A DNA stretch of 64,000 nt from assembly GCF_963921235.1 (NCBI RefSeq), contig NC_086098.1, forward strand, positions 237,894,001-237,958,000, written 5' to 3'. The notes below the pieces were generated by a model. It searched no databases. It worked only from the letters and a program-made list of their open reading frames with translations, and was not told the DNA's origin. Position numbers and translations under genes: made by a program. The stretch is from Mobula hypostoma (lineage: Eukaryota). Shown one piece after another: positions 23,896 through 35,989 of the stretch (positions are counted from its first letter, which is position 1; each line of letters opens with the position of its first letter).

Positions 23896-24590
23896 TTGGC
23901 TTAAATATATTTACCTTCGCTTACGGCTTGAAGTTCAAGCTCAGGTTCATAGTCACTCAATCAAACGAACTACAGTTCCACTGGGCCAAGGTACACAATA
24001 AGTGCACAGAATTCACAAACAACACAGAAAATAATATTACCACCATTAACTTAACACACAATGACATATATTCCAGAAAATTAATATTCATCATAAGGTG
24101 CACTTACGACACAAGTCGGAAAGTGAGCTGCATAACACTATTGATCCTCCAGAGGAGATGAGACCTGTGTTGTGGCAGAGAGTTCAGCAGTCTTATGTCC
24201 TGAAGGAAGAAGTTATTCCCCATCCGAATAGACCTTGTCCTAATGCTGTGGTACTTCCTGTCTTATGGTGTGGGAGGGGGTCAAAGATGCGTTGTCGGAA
24301 AGCGCACCTCACCATTCTTTTCGATGTTGAATCTGTTTACAGACTGCATTCCGATGTATGGCTGGTTCCCATCGCCACCATATTATTAGTACTCACCTTT
24401 CCAGTGGGCAGACTTAAGGTTTTACACCAAGTATTATTTATAATTCAGGAAACCATAATGTTTAAATGTTTATTGCAAATGTGCATGTGTATTTCAGGCG
24501 CTTTTTAATAAAGGCTATGAAAATTTTCATGACATTTTCCAGTTCCAGTTATCTACAATACCCACATGCCAGTTATAGAGTTTAAGGGGC

Positions 24591-25111
24591 TGCCAGGACG
24601 CTGGAGCAGGGATTCAATCGCAGACCCAGTACTGTGCACACAGTGATATTAATTGAGTAACAAATCCCGAGGTGCAAACAAAGTCGGCGTCAAAGTTCAG
24701 GCAGACATCAAAACATCCAGAGAAATCCAAAAACCAGAATCGTGAAACAGGCAGAGTCGATTTTCAGACGTACAGAGTACAGCACCAATGCTGGAACGGC
24801 TCAGGAAAATTCACTAGGACAATCTCACAACAAACAGGTGAAAACACAGGACTGAAATACACTGAGCAATAAACAGAGAGGCAGATGAGAGGTGGAGCAC
24901 AATGAGACGGAAGTGGCAGCAAAACAGGTAATAATGAGAAACAGGTGAGAGGCGGAGACCTCAGCAATACAAGGGCCGGAGTAGAGAAGGAACGGGGGAA
25001 GGGGCACATGGCGCATGAAAACAAACAAGAGCACATGGCAATACCCAACTACAGACTGAGGGCAAGGGAGAAAACACACAAAAAGACAAAGTTGTGCTGG
25101 AGCTACTGACA
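24591..25111. mobile_element. Solo LTR (about 520 bp)
   Basis: TGCCAGG...CTACTGACA termini (TG...CA), flanked by GGGGC and GGTGC (imperfect 5-bp TSD). Confidence 0.6.
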
Positions 25112-25525
25112 GGTGCCTCATCCTCCAGGTTCTCTGGTTTTCTTCCACAGTCAAGAGAGGTACCAGTTAGTAGGTTAGCTAGTTCTTGTATATTATCCTG
25201 TGGTGCCGGCTGGTGGAGCAATGACATCAGCGCCGGACTCTGGAACGGAGGTTCCGGGTTCGTAGCCAGTCGAGGCCGCTCCCGAGTACGCTTTCCATCC
25301 GTGCCGACTGAGTGTCAAGATCGTAATAAATGGAAAAATAGTGCGAAATATCTGTGTGCGGGCGTGCGGAGTGGCGCGCCAAACAGTCTCTCTCTCTCTC
25401 TCTCTCTCCGTCCGCGACTTGAAGAGGCATGAAAAAGACAGAGAGAGAGAGAGACAGAGAGAGAGAGAGACTGTGTGGCGCTTGGGTCAAAACAGTGGGT
25501 TGTTGGACGGCATAAAGAGCCTGTT

Positions 25526-25839
25526 NNNNNNNNNNNNNNNNNNNNNNNNNNNNNNNNNNNNNNNNNNNNNNNNNNNNNNNNNNNNNNNNNNNNNNNNNNN
25601 NNNNNNNNNNNNNNNNNNNNNNNNNNNNNNNNNNNNNNNNNNNNNNNNNNNNNNNNNNNNNNNNNNNNNNNNNNNNNNNNNNNNNNNNNNNNNNNNNNNN
25701 NNNNNNNNNNNNNNNNNNNNNNNNNNNNNNNNNNNNNNNNNNNNNNNNNNNNNNNNNNNNNNNNNNNNNNNNNNNNNNNNNNNNNNNNNNNNNNNNNNNN
25801 NNNNNNNNNNNNNNNNNNNNNNNNNNNNNNNNNNNNNNN
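25526..25839. other. Assembly gap (314 N) flanked by (CT)/(GA)/(GATA)-type microsatellites
   Basis: Run of N. Confidence 0.99.
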
Positions 25840-26537
25840 TAGACAGACAGTCAGATAAATAGATATAAAGACAGATAGATAGGCAAATGCATAAATACCA
25901 AATAAATACCTGTTGTCGCCGAAATCGTGGCGGCACTTACGGTCTGTCCCCAGCAAAATTCTTACTGATTCGATTTGACGCAAATTGCGCTGTATGTTTG
26001 TTTCTGCGTATGCCAAATAAAGCCAATGTTTTATAATATATAATGCATTCTATTTATGTACATTGATTTTTCTGCTTTTAGTGTTTTATAATGCGCTTGA
26101 CTGTCCCAGTATTTTCAAAGCAGTTTTAAAACGTTAAAAATATTAATTATTCCAGTAAACCAAGTGTGGGCGTCATTTGCCCGATTGTTCAATGGATTTC
26201 CATCTTATGGACAGGATTTATTTTCTCTAATGTCGCGCACGTTGATCTATATAGTCCATAAACAGAGTGATTATCACGGTCCAGGGACAGGTTGACACAA
26301 CCCAACCAACATAAAAACTCCATTAATAACAAAGTGAGATTTTTACACCAAATTCTTGAAACAAAAAAAAAACAGCAGGTCAGGCAACCGTAAGTAATTT
26401 GTGTGAAATGTATTGAATTTGTTGTGTGTGCGTAGAGCTAACACTTGCAGCCGTCTTATCAGTCACACCCTCTATAAATACCACGTTATTGGTCAGACAA
26501 GATATAAGTTTAAAATAATTAAACGGATCTCTCTAGT

Positions 26538-29430
26538 CATAGAACCATAGAAACTACAGCACAGAAACAGGCCTTTTGGCCCTTCTTGGCTGTGCCGAAC
26601 CATTTTCTGCCTAGTCCCACTGACCTGCACACGGACCATATCCCTCCATACACCTCCCATCCATGTATCTGTCCAATTTATTCTTAAATGTTAAAACAGA
26701 ACCCGCATTTACCACCTCGTCTGGCAGCTCATTCCATACTCCCACCACTCTCTGTGTGAAGAAGCCCCCCCTCCTAATGTTCCCTTTAATCTTTTCCCCC
26801 CTCACCCTTAACCCATGTCCTCTGGTTTTTTTCTCCCCTTGCCTCAGTGGAAAAAGCCTGCTTGCATTCACTCTATCTATACCCATCATAATTTTATATA
26901 CCTCTATCAAATCTGCCCTCGTTCTTCTACGCTCCAGGGAATAAAGTCCTAACCTATTCAACCTTTCTCTGTAACTGAGTTTCTCAAGTCCCGGCAACAT
27001 CCTTGTAAACCTTCTCTGCACTCTTTCAACCTTATTTATATCCTTCCTGTAATTTGGTGACCAAAACTGAACACAATACTCCAGATTCGGCCTCACCAAT
27101 GCCTTATAAAACCTCGTCATTACATTCCAGCTCTTATACTCAATATTTCGATTAATAAAGGCCAATGTACCAAAAGCTCTCTTTACGACCCTATCTACCT
27201 GTGACGACACTTTTAGGGAATTTTGTATCTGTATTCCCAGATTCCTCTGTTCCACTGCACTCCTCAGTGCCTTACCATTAACCCTGTATGTTCTACCTTG
27301 GTTTGTCCTTCCAACGTGCAATACCTCACACTTGTCAGTATTAAACTCCATCTGCCATTTTTCAGCCCATTTTCCCAGCTGGTCCAAGTCCCTCTGCAGG
27401 TTCTGAAAACCTTCCTCACTGTCTACTACACCTCCAATCTTTGTATCATCAGCAAACTTGCTGATCCAATTTACCACATTATCATCCAGATCATTGATAT
27501 AGATGACAAATAACAATGGATCCAGCACTGATCCCTGTGACACACCACTAGTCACAGGCCTCCACTCAGAGAAGTAATTCTCTACCACCACTCTCTGGCT
27601 TCTTCGATCGAGCCAATGTCTAATCCAATTTACCACCTCTCCATGTATACCTAGCGACTGAATTTTCCTAACTAACCTCCCATGCGGGACCTTGTCAAAG
27701 GCCTTACTGAAGTCCATGTAGACAATATCCGCTGCTCATCCACTTTCCTGGTAACCTCCTCGAAAAACTCCAACAGATTGGTCAAACATGACCTACCGCG
27801 CACAAAGCCATGTTGACTCTCCCTAGTAAGCCCCTGTCTATCCAAATGCTTGTAGATTCTATCTCTTAGTACTTCCTCCAATAACTTACCTACTACTGAC
27901 GTTAAACTCACCGGCCTATAATTTCCCGGATTACTTTTCGATCCTTTTTTAAACAACGGAATAACATGAGCCACTCTCCAATCCTCTGGCACTTCACCCG
28001 TAGACAGCAACATTTTAAATATTTCTGCCAGGGCCCCCGCAATTTCAACACTAGTCTCCTTCAGGGTCCGAGGGAACACTCTGTCAGGTCCCAGGGATTT
28101 ATCCACTTTAATTTTCCTCAAGACAGCAAGCACCTCCTCCTTTTCAATCTGTACAATTTCCATGGTCTCACTACTTGATTCCCTCAATTCCATAGATTTC
28201 ATGCTAGCTTCCTTAGTAAATACAAACGCAAAAACCTATTTAAGATCTCCCCCATTTCCTTTGTTTCCACCCAAAGCCGACCACTCTGATCTTCAAGAGG
28301 ACCAATTTTATCCCTTACAATCCTTTTGCTCTTAATATACTTGTAAAAGCTCTTTGGATTATCCTTCACTTTGACTGCCAATGCAACCTCGTGTCTTCTT
28401 TTTCCCCTCCTGATTTCTTACTTAAGTATTTTCTTGCACTTCTTATACTCCTCAAGCACCTGATTTACCCCCTGTTTCCTATACATTTCATACAACTCGC
28501 TCTTCTTCTTTATCAGAGTTGCAATATCCCTTGAGAACCAAGGTTCCTTATTCCTATTCAATTTGCCTTTAATCCTGACAGGAACATACAAACTCTGTAC
28601 TCTCAAAATTTCCCCTTTGAAATCTTCCCACCTACCAATCACATCTTTGCCAGAGAACAACCTGTCCCAATCCACGCTTTTTAGATACTTTCTCATTTCT
28701 TCAAATTTGGCCTTCTTCCAGTTCAGAATCTCAACCCTAGGACCAGATCTATCTTTGTCCATGATCAAATTGAAACTAATGGTGTTATGATCACTGGAAC
28801 CAAAGTGCTCCCCTACACAGACTTCTGTCACTTGACCTAATTCGTTTCCTAACAGGAGATCCAATATTGCAGCACCTCTAGTTGGTCCCTCTATATACTG
28901 ATTTAGAAAACTTTCCTGAACACATTTTACAAACTCTAAACCATCTATACCCCTAACAGTATGGGAGTCGCAATCAATGCATGGAAAATTAAAATCCCCT
29001 ACCACCACAACTTTATGTTTCCTGCAATTGCTTGCTATCTCTCTGCGGATTTGCTCTTCCAAGTCTCGTTGACTATTGGGTGGTCTGTAATACAATCCCA
29101 CTAATGTGGCCATACCTTTCCTGTTTCTCAGCTCCACCCATAAGGACTCAGTGGACAAGCCCTCTAATCTGTCCTGCCTGAGCACTGCTGTAATATTTTC
29201 CCTAACAAGCAATGCTGCTCCCCCACCTTTCATTCCTCGGTCACATCTGAAACATCGGAACCCTGGAATATTAAGCTGCCAGTCCTGCCCCTCCTGTAGC
29301 CAAGTTTCACTAATTGCTACAAAATCATAATTCCACGTGTCAATCCACGCCCTCAACTCATCCGCCTTCCCCGCAATACTCCTAGCATTGTAATATATAC
29401 ACCTCAGTAGATTTGTAACACCACTCACAA
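26538..29430 (-). mobile_element. Young CR1 LINE, near-complete ORF2 (APE endonuclease plus RT) with a few frameshifts
   Basis: ORF 28418-29428 is an APE domain (YYNARSI...AISETW...GLYYRPP...VVGDFN...SSDHN). ORFs 27672-28202 and 26611-27717 are RT (DFSKAFDKV, KFADDTK). The tail is (CATAGAAA/CC)-like. Confidence 0.95.
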
Positions 29431-30439
29431 CCTTTCTTCAGCGGATTTGCTTAAACTTTCAATATCATTTATTTTCACCCCAGCCACACTGTCAGCTCTG
29501 GCACTCTGTCATCTCACACTTGTTTCGCTCTTCAGCAACTCTCTCCCATCTGACAATTACAGTCTTAGATCTCGCATTACAAGTTTCAGGAAGAGTTCAA
29601 CCATCAGGCCCCTGAATCAAAGTGAATGACTTTAATCACCACATCTCTGAACTGATTCCAAGATCAATAGACGTACTTTCAAACTCATGTTCTCAGTATT
29701 ATTTATGTATTTATCCATTATCCCTTTATCTGTTTGTTTGTTTATTTATTTATGATTGATTGGATATAATTGATTTATCTACTTATGGGTGCTTTGTTTA
29801 ATTATTTGTCTATTTTTCTATCTATCCATTTTTTGATTTGCGGTTATTGGTCTTTGTGCGTCTCAGACTTTGTGTGTAGTTTTTCATTATTCTACTGTGA
29901 ATATCAGTAAGAACATGAAACTCAGGGTCGCATATGAAGACGTATACAGACTTTGATAACAAATTTACCTTAAACTTTGAAGATAACTATGAGTTACAGA
30001 AGCTAGTGTGCGGGTGTGGCGGGTGGTGACGGTGGTGTCAGGGCGGGAAGTCAGGCCGATCGCCTTCATTCAGGAACTAACGGAATCGATGGAGAGAATG
30101 GTCACGTCACGGGGAAACGTCCCTACAGTGTAACACTCCCAGAGGTAAGACGTTGGCCGAAAGACAGTGAGAATGTTGATCTCCCTCCCACAAGGATAGA
30201 TATAAACGAAGAGCAGAAGTGCAGGACGACGAGGAATACAAGGCTCCGGTGATGAGTGCCGACGGACGAAGCACGCTCAGGACACAGAGAGGAGAGAATC
30301 GGAATACGTTGTGTGACTGGATTTAACTGCAATTCTGATTGAGGCTGCGAGACGACACGTTATCCACGACCATTCCACCCAACCTACTGCCAGCAGCCGA
30401 GTAAAGACAAGACACGATAAATCTACCGCTGTTTCCTCG

Positions 30440-30445
30440 TTTATT
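30440..30445 (-). promoter_or_regulatory. Candidate polyadenylation signal of the Ig light-chain gene
   Basis: First AATAAA seen on the minus strand after the C-exon stop codon, about 290 nt downstream. Confidence 0.45.
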
Positions 30446-30735
30446 TAGAGTTGTGTTACACAAGTTCAAATCACAGCACGGGAGATCGCTCCTGGGACTA
30501 CACATAGCGGTAGTTCAGACACAGCCCAGTGGCAACAATTCTACACAGAATTATCAGTCGCAAAAGATGGATTATGATTGCCAACTGTTCTGAAATTATT
30601 AAACATTCTGATTGTTTCCATAAGCGAACATTACTATACAATTACATTGCAATGGGCGGCTGCACAGACACAATGATTGCTTCACTGCATTAAACAAAAA
30701 CAAACAATCCGCGTGTGCTGCCAGCCGGCACACTC

Positions 30736-31064
30736 TCACTGTGCACAGGCGGACGAAGAGATGGTGTTGCGCAGCGGCGAGCTCAGCGAGCTGTGGCTCA
30801 CGCTGCAGGAATAACTCGAGCCCTTGTTCCAGGCAGCGGTGGTTAGCCGCAGGTAACTGCTCAGCCTGTAAGTCTGATCGGTGTCCAGGGAGACAGCGCC
30901 TGTTGTCACCCCGCTCTCCGTCTCGACTCCATCCACGCTCCAGCGCAGTGCTACCAAGCCCGGCTTAAAACCACTCACCAGACAGGAGAGAGTGGCCGAA
31001 CCCGTGCCGGTCTCCTCCGGAGAGGGAGGGAGCAGAAGAACTGAGGGCTCCCGGGAATCGCTAC
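30736..31064 (-). CDS. IgL: Ig light-chain constant exon (type I / sigma-cart-like)
   Basis: Acceptor ctcctctctcacacag|GT. Encodes SDSREPSVLLLPPSPEETGTGSATLSCLVSGFKPGLVALRWSVDG...YRLSSYLRLTTAAWNKGSSYSCSVSHSSLSSPLRNTISSSACAQ*, a C1-set domain with both core Cys, Trp and the C-terminal Cys for heavy-chain linkage. From memory it resembles the horned shark type I L-chain C region (PSVLLLPPS...WNKGSSY). Confidence 0.93.
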
Positions 31065-32572
31065 CTGTGTGAGAGAGGAGACGAAGGGGAATAGAAACAA
31101 TATTACTTCATAGACTGTTCAAAGATACAAACACGAGGGTCGAAATTAACACAGTCATTGGGACACAGTAAACGGCACATTTGACCCCTCGGGTTCAAAG
31201 CTTTGAATGAAGAGTTGCCCAGATTATTTGCAGCCTTGCGTGGCTACGACATGGTATCATTTATTTAAAAAAAAATGTTTCTGAATCCACTCTGCTCCCG
31301 GCACTGCATTGTGTTAAAAGATAACTTCAACACTACTCAATCTCTTTGCTGATTGCCCACACCGTGCACATATGATTGGTCCCTTTAGTGAGACCAGTTC
31401 CTTATTGTTCTCCAATAACTTCCCAAATCTTGAACTCTTAGGACAATAATTGAAAATATTACACCTTCAGTTGGGATGTCCCGAGTTCCGGAAGCTCAAT
31501 CGATATCTAAGACTCAGTACCCAGTGACTGAGAAGAAAATGACGGGAAAAAGAGCAGGTCTGTGTACCGGTGAGAAGCGGGAAGTGGCGAAACTACTCGT
31601 TCAGACCCACATTGCATTCCGAACCCCTAGTAACCCGGTCTATTACCTCTCGACTCTGTGACCAGCCTGTTTTCTACCCAGCACCTTCCCCTAGAGTGTA
31701 TTATTTTTAAAGTAGGATGTTCTTCTCTTGTGTTTTCTACAATCACAATGCCACGGTTCTTAACAACACACTGTCAATTGCGTTAACTTGAAGTGGTGAA
31801 CATCTTGCTCTGTGGTGCAGGATTTACCGCACCCAGAAAAATTATGGAATATTCGCTACAAATATGTTCTCAGAGGTGGTGAATGAAGAGGGAAGGGTAG
31901 ATGTCATGCTTGTGGTAGCGACCATTTCCCCAAATAAGTGTGAACATTATTCAAGACCGTACGGGAGATAGCGATAAGATGGACAGTCAATATTTTTTCC
32001 CCGAGGGCAGAAATCTAAGCCAAGAGGAGGAAAATTTAAAGGAGAAATTCGGTGAATGTTTACTTTTTATAGAGAGTGATGGGTGCATGAGGTGGAGGTG
32101 GCAGATACGAGCGGGATGTTCAAAATAGCTGTTGGACGAACACATGAGTGTGCTGAGAATGGAGGGATATGGAGTATGTGTAGACAGCAGGGATGGGTTT
32201 AATTTGACATCAAAGAGGGGCCGCTGCAATTAGACAATTAAATGGTTTTCTCGTACCATAAGATGGACGATTGACCTCACAATCTCCTTCCTTATGATCT
32301 TGCAACTTATCTACCTGCACTACATTTCCTGTGTGGCTGGTCCATTTTATTCTGCGTTAAACTGTGTTCAACTCAATGCACTGCTATCACGTGATCTTTA
32401 TGGACAGTATGCAAGAATAGCTGAACGGCCTCTCTGCCGGACTGAGACTGGTGGAACCTCCCACAATGCAGAAATATGACAAGCCTTAACCTGGAGGGTG
32501 TTTTATCCAGTTGTGGGGAATGAGATTGGCTGTAATAGGAATTGCTTGTAACATAATGAGGGAGTCACTTAC

Positions 32573-32926
32573 TCTTGATATCTAGGATGGTGCCTGGACC
32601 GAGGATAACTCCATTATCCCACACTCCACAGTAATAGACAGCGGAATCCCGGGGCTCCAACCTGCTGATGGTCAGGATGTGACTGTTCCTGGAGGTGTCT
32701 CTGGACGGTTGGAAACGGTCTGTGATCCCTGTACCTCGGTATATGTTATTGCTTGTGGTATGTACTAACACCCACTTCGGTCTCTCCCCGGGAGGCTGTC
32801 GGTACCAGTACATGTTGTAACTTCCAACATTACCGTTCTGTATCCGACACTCTAAGCGGACAGTTTGTCCCGCGGAAACAGGTCCCGACATTGGGGTCTG
32901 ATTGAGCACTGGGGCCGCGTGGATAT
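32573..32926 (-). CDS. IgL: Germline-joined VJ exon of the Ig light-chain gene
   Basis: Acceptor tttttttcattgcag|AT and donor AAGA|gtaagt define a 354-nt phase 1-1 exon: DIHA-APVLNQTP...LECRIQNGNVGSYNMYWYRQ...VHTTSNNIYRGTGITDRF...DSAVYYCGVWDNGVILGPGTILDIK. The long CDR2 fits sigma/sigma-cart. Confidence 0.93.
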
Positions 32927-33033
32927 CTGCAATGAAAAAAACAATAAAACCATGGGTGACTTGGAACAAAATCAAAATCAGGAGTAATCTCAATTTTACC
33001 GGATAATCCGGCGGAAACCAATCCGACTCTCAC

Positions 33034-33082
33034 CTGGTAAGTGAACCAGCAAAACCCACAGGAGATGCAGCGCTGGGGACAT
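33034..33082 (-). CDS. IgL: Leader exon of the Ig light-chain gene
   Basis: ATG TCC CCA GCG CTG CAT CTC CTG TGG GTT TTG CTG GTT CAC TTA CCA G|gtgaga; 107-nt intron; signal peptide MSPALHLLWVLLVHLPDIHA. Confidence 0.9.
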
Positions 33083-33200
33083 TCCTCCGGACAGGTGCAG
33101 ACAGCGAGCGCCCAGAAATTCCGACCGAACCATGCGTTGTTCTGCAAACTTCGGGAACCCCTCCGCTTTCAGAGCCAACAAACTAGGGTCTTCGGGTCCG

Positions 33201-33289
33201 TTTATTAATTGCGATGTAAATGAGTGGGCGGCGCCAGGGAAAGAACGTGGGCGGAGATTGACTTGCTGACCTTCGGAAACTTTGATTGG
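33201..33289 (-). promoter_or_regulatory. Candidate IgL promoter: octamer variant, TATA-like element, GC boxes, CCAAT
   Basis: Minus strand: CCAAT (33285-33289), GGGCGG on plus (33226-33231, 33249-33254), ATTTACAT (33214-33221; one mismatch to ATTTGCAT) and ATTAATAAA (33201-33209), all 120-210 nt upstream of the ATG. Confidence 0.45.
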
Positions 33290-33639
33290 CCACCTTGCCG
33301 ATGTTTGAAACCTTAACCTCAAATTTCAAGATTGTTCCGTCTTCAATTATATCACATATCCAGGCCTGGAGAACTTTGGAGAATACTCAGTCTAAACATA
33401 CTTTAGACATTGTTTCGTCTGCTTCCCTCTAGAACAGTGGGTGTGGGTGGTTGTGGCACTCGGCCCCTCGTCTCTGCTCAGAATGGCTAATGAGAAAAGA
33501 ATTTTTCAAGATCACATCAAATTTCTGCAAGGTCTCTATGCCATCCCAAAATTACCTCGACAACACATTGGTTCCTATCTGAGAATATATCATTCCTGCA
33601 GAAAGCATGTCGCTGCTTTGCTTATGAGGAATTTTTTTT

Positions 33640-34400
33640 AATATTCCTTTTATTTTTTATTACAAACAAAAAAACAAAAAACAAACAGCAGATCTACAAA
33701 AACTGCGACTTTATCAAAATCTAATTCAATATTGAGCGGCAAAAGCGAGAAAAACATAAAGGCAAAAGTAAACGCACACAGCAGAGGTGTCCCCAACCAA
33801 AAAACCTTAGTCCTCACGCAGGAAGAAAGTCCAATACAGGGCCCCACATCCTTTCAAAGATGTTCTCTCTGTCCTCATTACATAGTCTCAGTCTCTCCAA
33901 ATGTAACGTATTTGCCAGCCCTCTCCGCCACAGAACGTACGTAGACACACAGTCCATTTTCCACATTTGCAGGAGTTACTTCTTAGCAATCACCATGCCA
34001 AACAATACAGCCTTTTTTTCAGACTTATTGGCTGAAGATAGAGAGCTTATTGCTCCAAGGATGGCTGTAAGCGGGTCTGGTTCCCATGGCTTCCCATAAG
34101 CCTCAGAGAAACAGTGAAAAATAATTTTCCAGTATGCATAAAGTTTACAACATGACCACAGTGAATGTGACAAGTTACTGTTCACAGATTTACATCTATT
34201 ACAAACTGGTGAAACATCAGGGTTGAAAACGTGCAACTTTTCTTTGGAATAATGAAGAATATGTATTGGTTTAAACTGTCTAAGTCTGTGTCTGTCGTTG
34301 ATTGAACAATCATGTATACTCTTTAAACACTCATCCCAGACCTCCTCTGTCAGTGCTATACCCAATTCATCCAATTTAGAAAATAAATTTTGTCGCAAAA
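33640..34400 (-). mobile_element. L1/Tx1-type LINE 3' fragment
   Basis: ORF 33976-34422 (HILHYSKEKLH...CNRCKS...SHSLWSCCKL...WEPDPLTAILG) is an L1 ORF2 C-terminus. Confidence 0.85.
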
Positions 34401-35989
34401 ATGGGTAATTCCCAACCGACAAGTGTTTTTCTCTATCGTCTCAAAAGCAGGCCTGGGCAGAATTCCACTTAACGACGGACATTGGGGTCAGTCATTGTGC
34501 AAAGAGGTTGCAATGAAACGCAATCAACGCATCTGGGCATTAGGAGCGCTCCTCTCCGCAGTGAATCTTACGCGTATCATTAGATGGTAATTGGGGATGT
34601 TCAGCAATAATTGCACCGGTGATACAAACTGCAGCAGCTGCTGGAATCTGGAGCAACTCTGAAAGAGCTGGAAGGACTGAGCGGGTCAGGCAGCATCTCA
34701 GCAGGGAAATAGACAGTCGTGTTTACGTCCGAGAACGTTCGCCTGAAATCCCAGTCATGTAATTTTCCGACAGTGAGATATTGAGGAATGGAACAGGACT
34801 CCAAAAATGGTCAGACAAGGCTGGCAGGAGCAAACATCAGTCTGTCTACATTTGCTCCAGCAATGGCCCCTGTCAACAGCAAAGTATATGACCACCAGCC
34901 CGTGAGGTTCCATGAGCTTACTTCCCCATCAATATCCGGGGGTGACCACTGAGCAGAAACCACTGGTTTGATTAATTGAGGCTTATAAATTAGACCGTGG
35001 TCACAGGCTTGGGATCATAAAATTCAAAGCTGAATATAAATTTAATATCAAAGTGCGGTAAGACATAGCATACTTCCCTGAGTTTCATTAACTTGCGGGC
35101 ATTCGCAGTAGATATTAAGGAATACAATAGAATCAAGGAAAAGCTAAACACTAAGATGGTCAAACAACCAATGTGCAAAATAAGACAAGCTGTGCAAATA
35201 CAAACAAACAAATAAATACATTCATAAATAGATGGATTAATAAACCTTATTTTGCCTTACATAAGCAGTCACTTCGCACTTCATGTCAACCTGTCGATCT
35301 TCAGGCTATGCCACGCAGACATCTGTACTAATATCTATTTTCTGACTGCATGTGTTGGATCGTCACTGTATCTAATGTGCATTGTTTTATCTACTGTGCT
35401 TTTCACCTTGGTCTCAGAGTAAGGGTGATTCTTTTGTGTACATGTGTATGGTTAATTGGCAGTAAACTTCAACATGAACTTGCACACATGACCTCACCAT
35501 TTCGCCATTGAAAGAGACTCCAATTTAAAACATTTTTCTGCACGTCACCTCAAGTTTTCCACATTTTATTCAGTATTTTGCATCCCTGCTTGTTTTCTTA
35601 ATCTATGAACATCATCTCAGTCATTCTGCACTGTCCTTATAACCCTGACAATCAACAAACATGGCAATATTACACTTCGTTCCCTTGTCCAAGTGTTTAC
35701 ATATACACTGTGAACAGCTGGATTTCTTTCTTCAGCAAGCCCTTGCGAATCACTTTACGGGCGGCCTGCTGATAATCAACATCCACTGCGACCGCTTATT
35801 GCCAATCTTTCTACTGCGAAAGTTATGACACGATTACCAAGAGATCACCAAGAGATTTACCGATCACGTTTTCTAACCCTGTTTCCCGGATGATCTGCAG
35901 GAACTTCCTTAATGTGAGGAGAGCGAAGATACAGTGATCAAAGTTACACGGAAATAGTCACCCCGAAGTTGCAGGAGGCGACGACTGTC

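Noticed and set aside
24639-24668. CACAGTG followed by ACAAATCCC (RSS-like)
   Set aside because: The spacer is 14 nt, the nonamer has two mismatches, it lies inside a solo LTR, and there is no adjacent gene segment.
25315-26016. Long ORFs of 127-233 aa
   Set aside because: Artefacts of translating through the N gap and microsatellites.
30663-30702. CACAGAC/CACAATG plus ACAAAAACA near the C exon
   Set aside because: Spacers of 24 or 18 nt, in the 3' UTR; not a credible RSS.
32565-32993. ORF-track N-terminus MRLLLILILFQVTHG as a signal peptide
   Set aside because: It starts at TTG and is read-through of the leader-V intron; the true leader is the ATG exon at 33034-33082.
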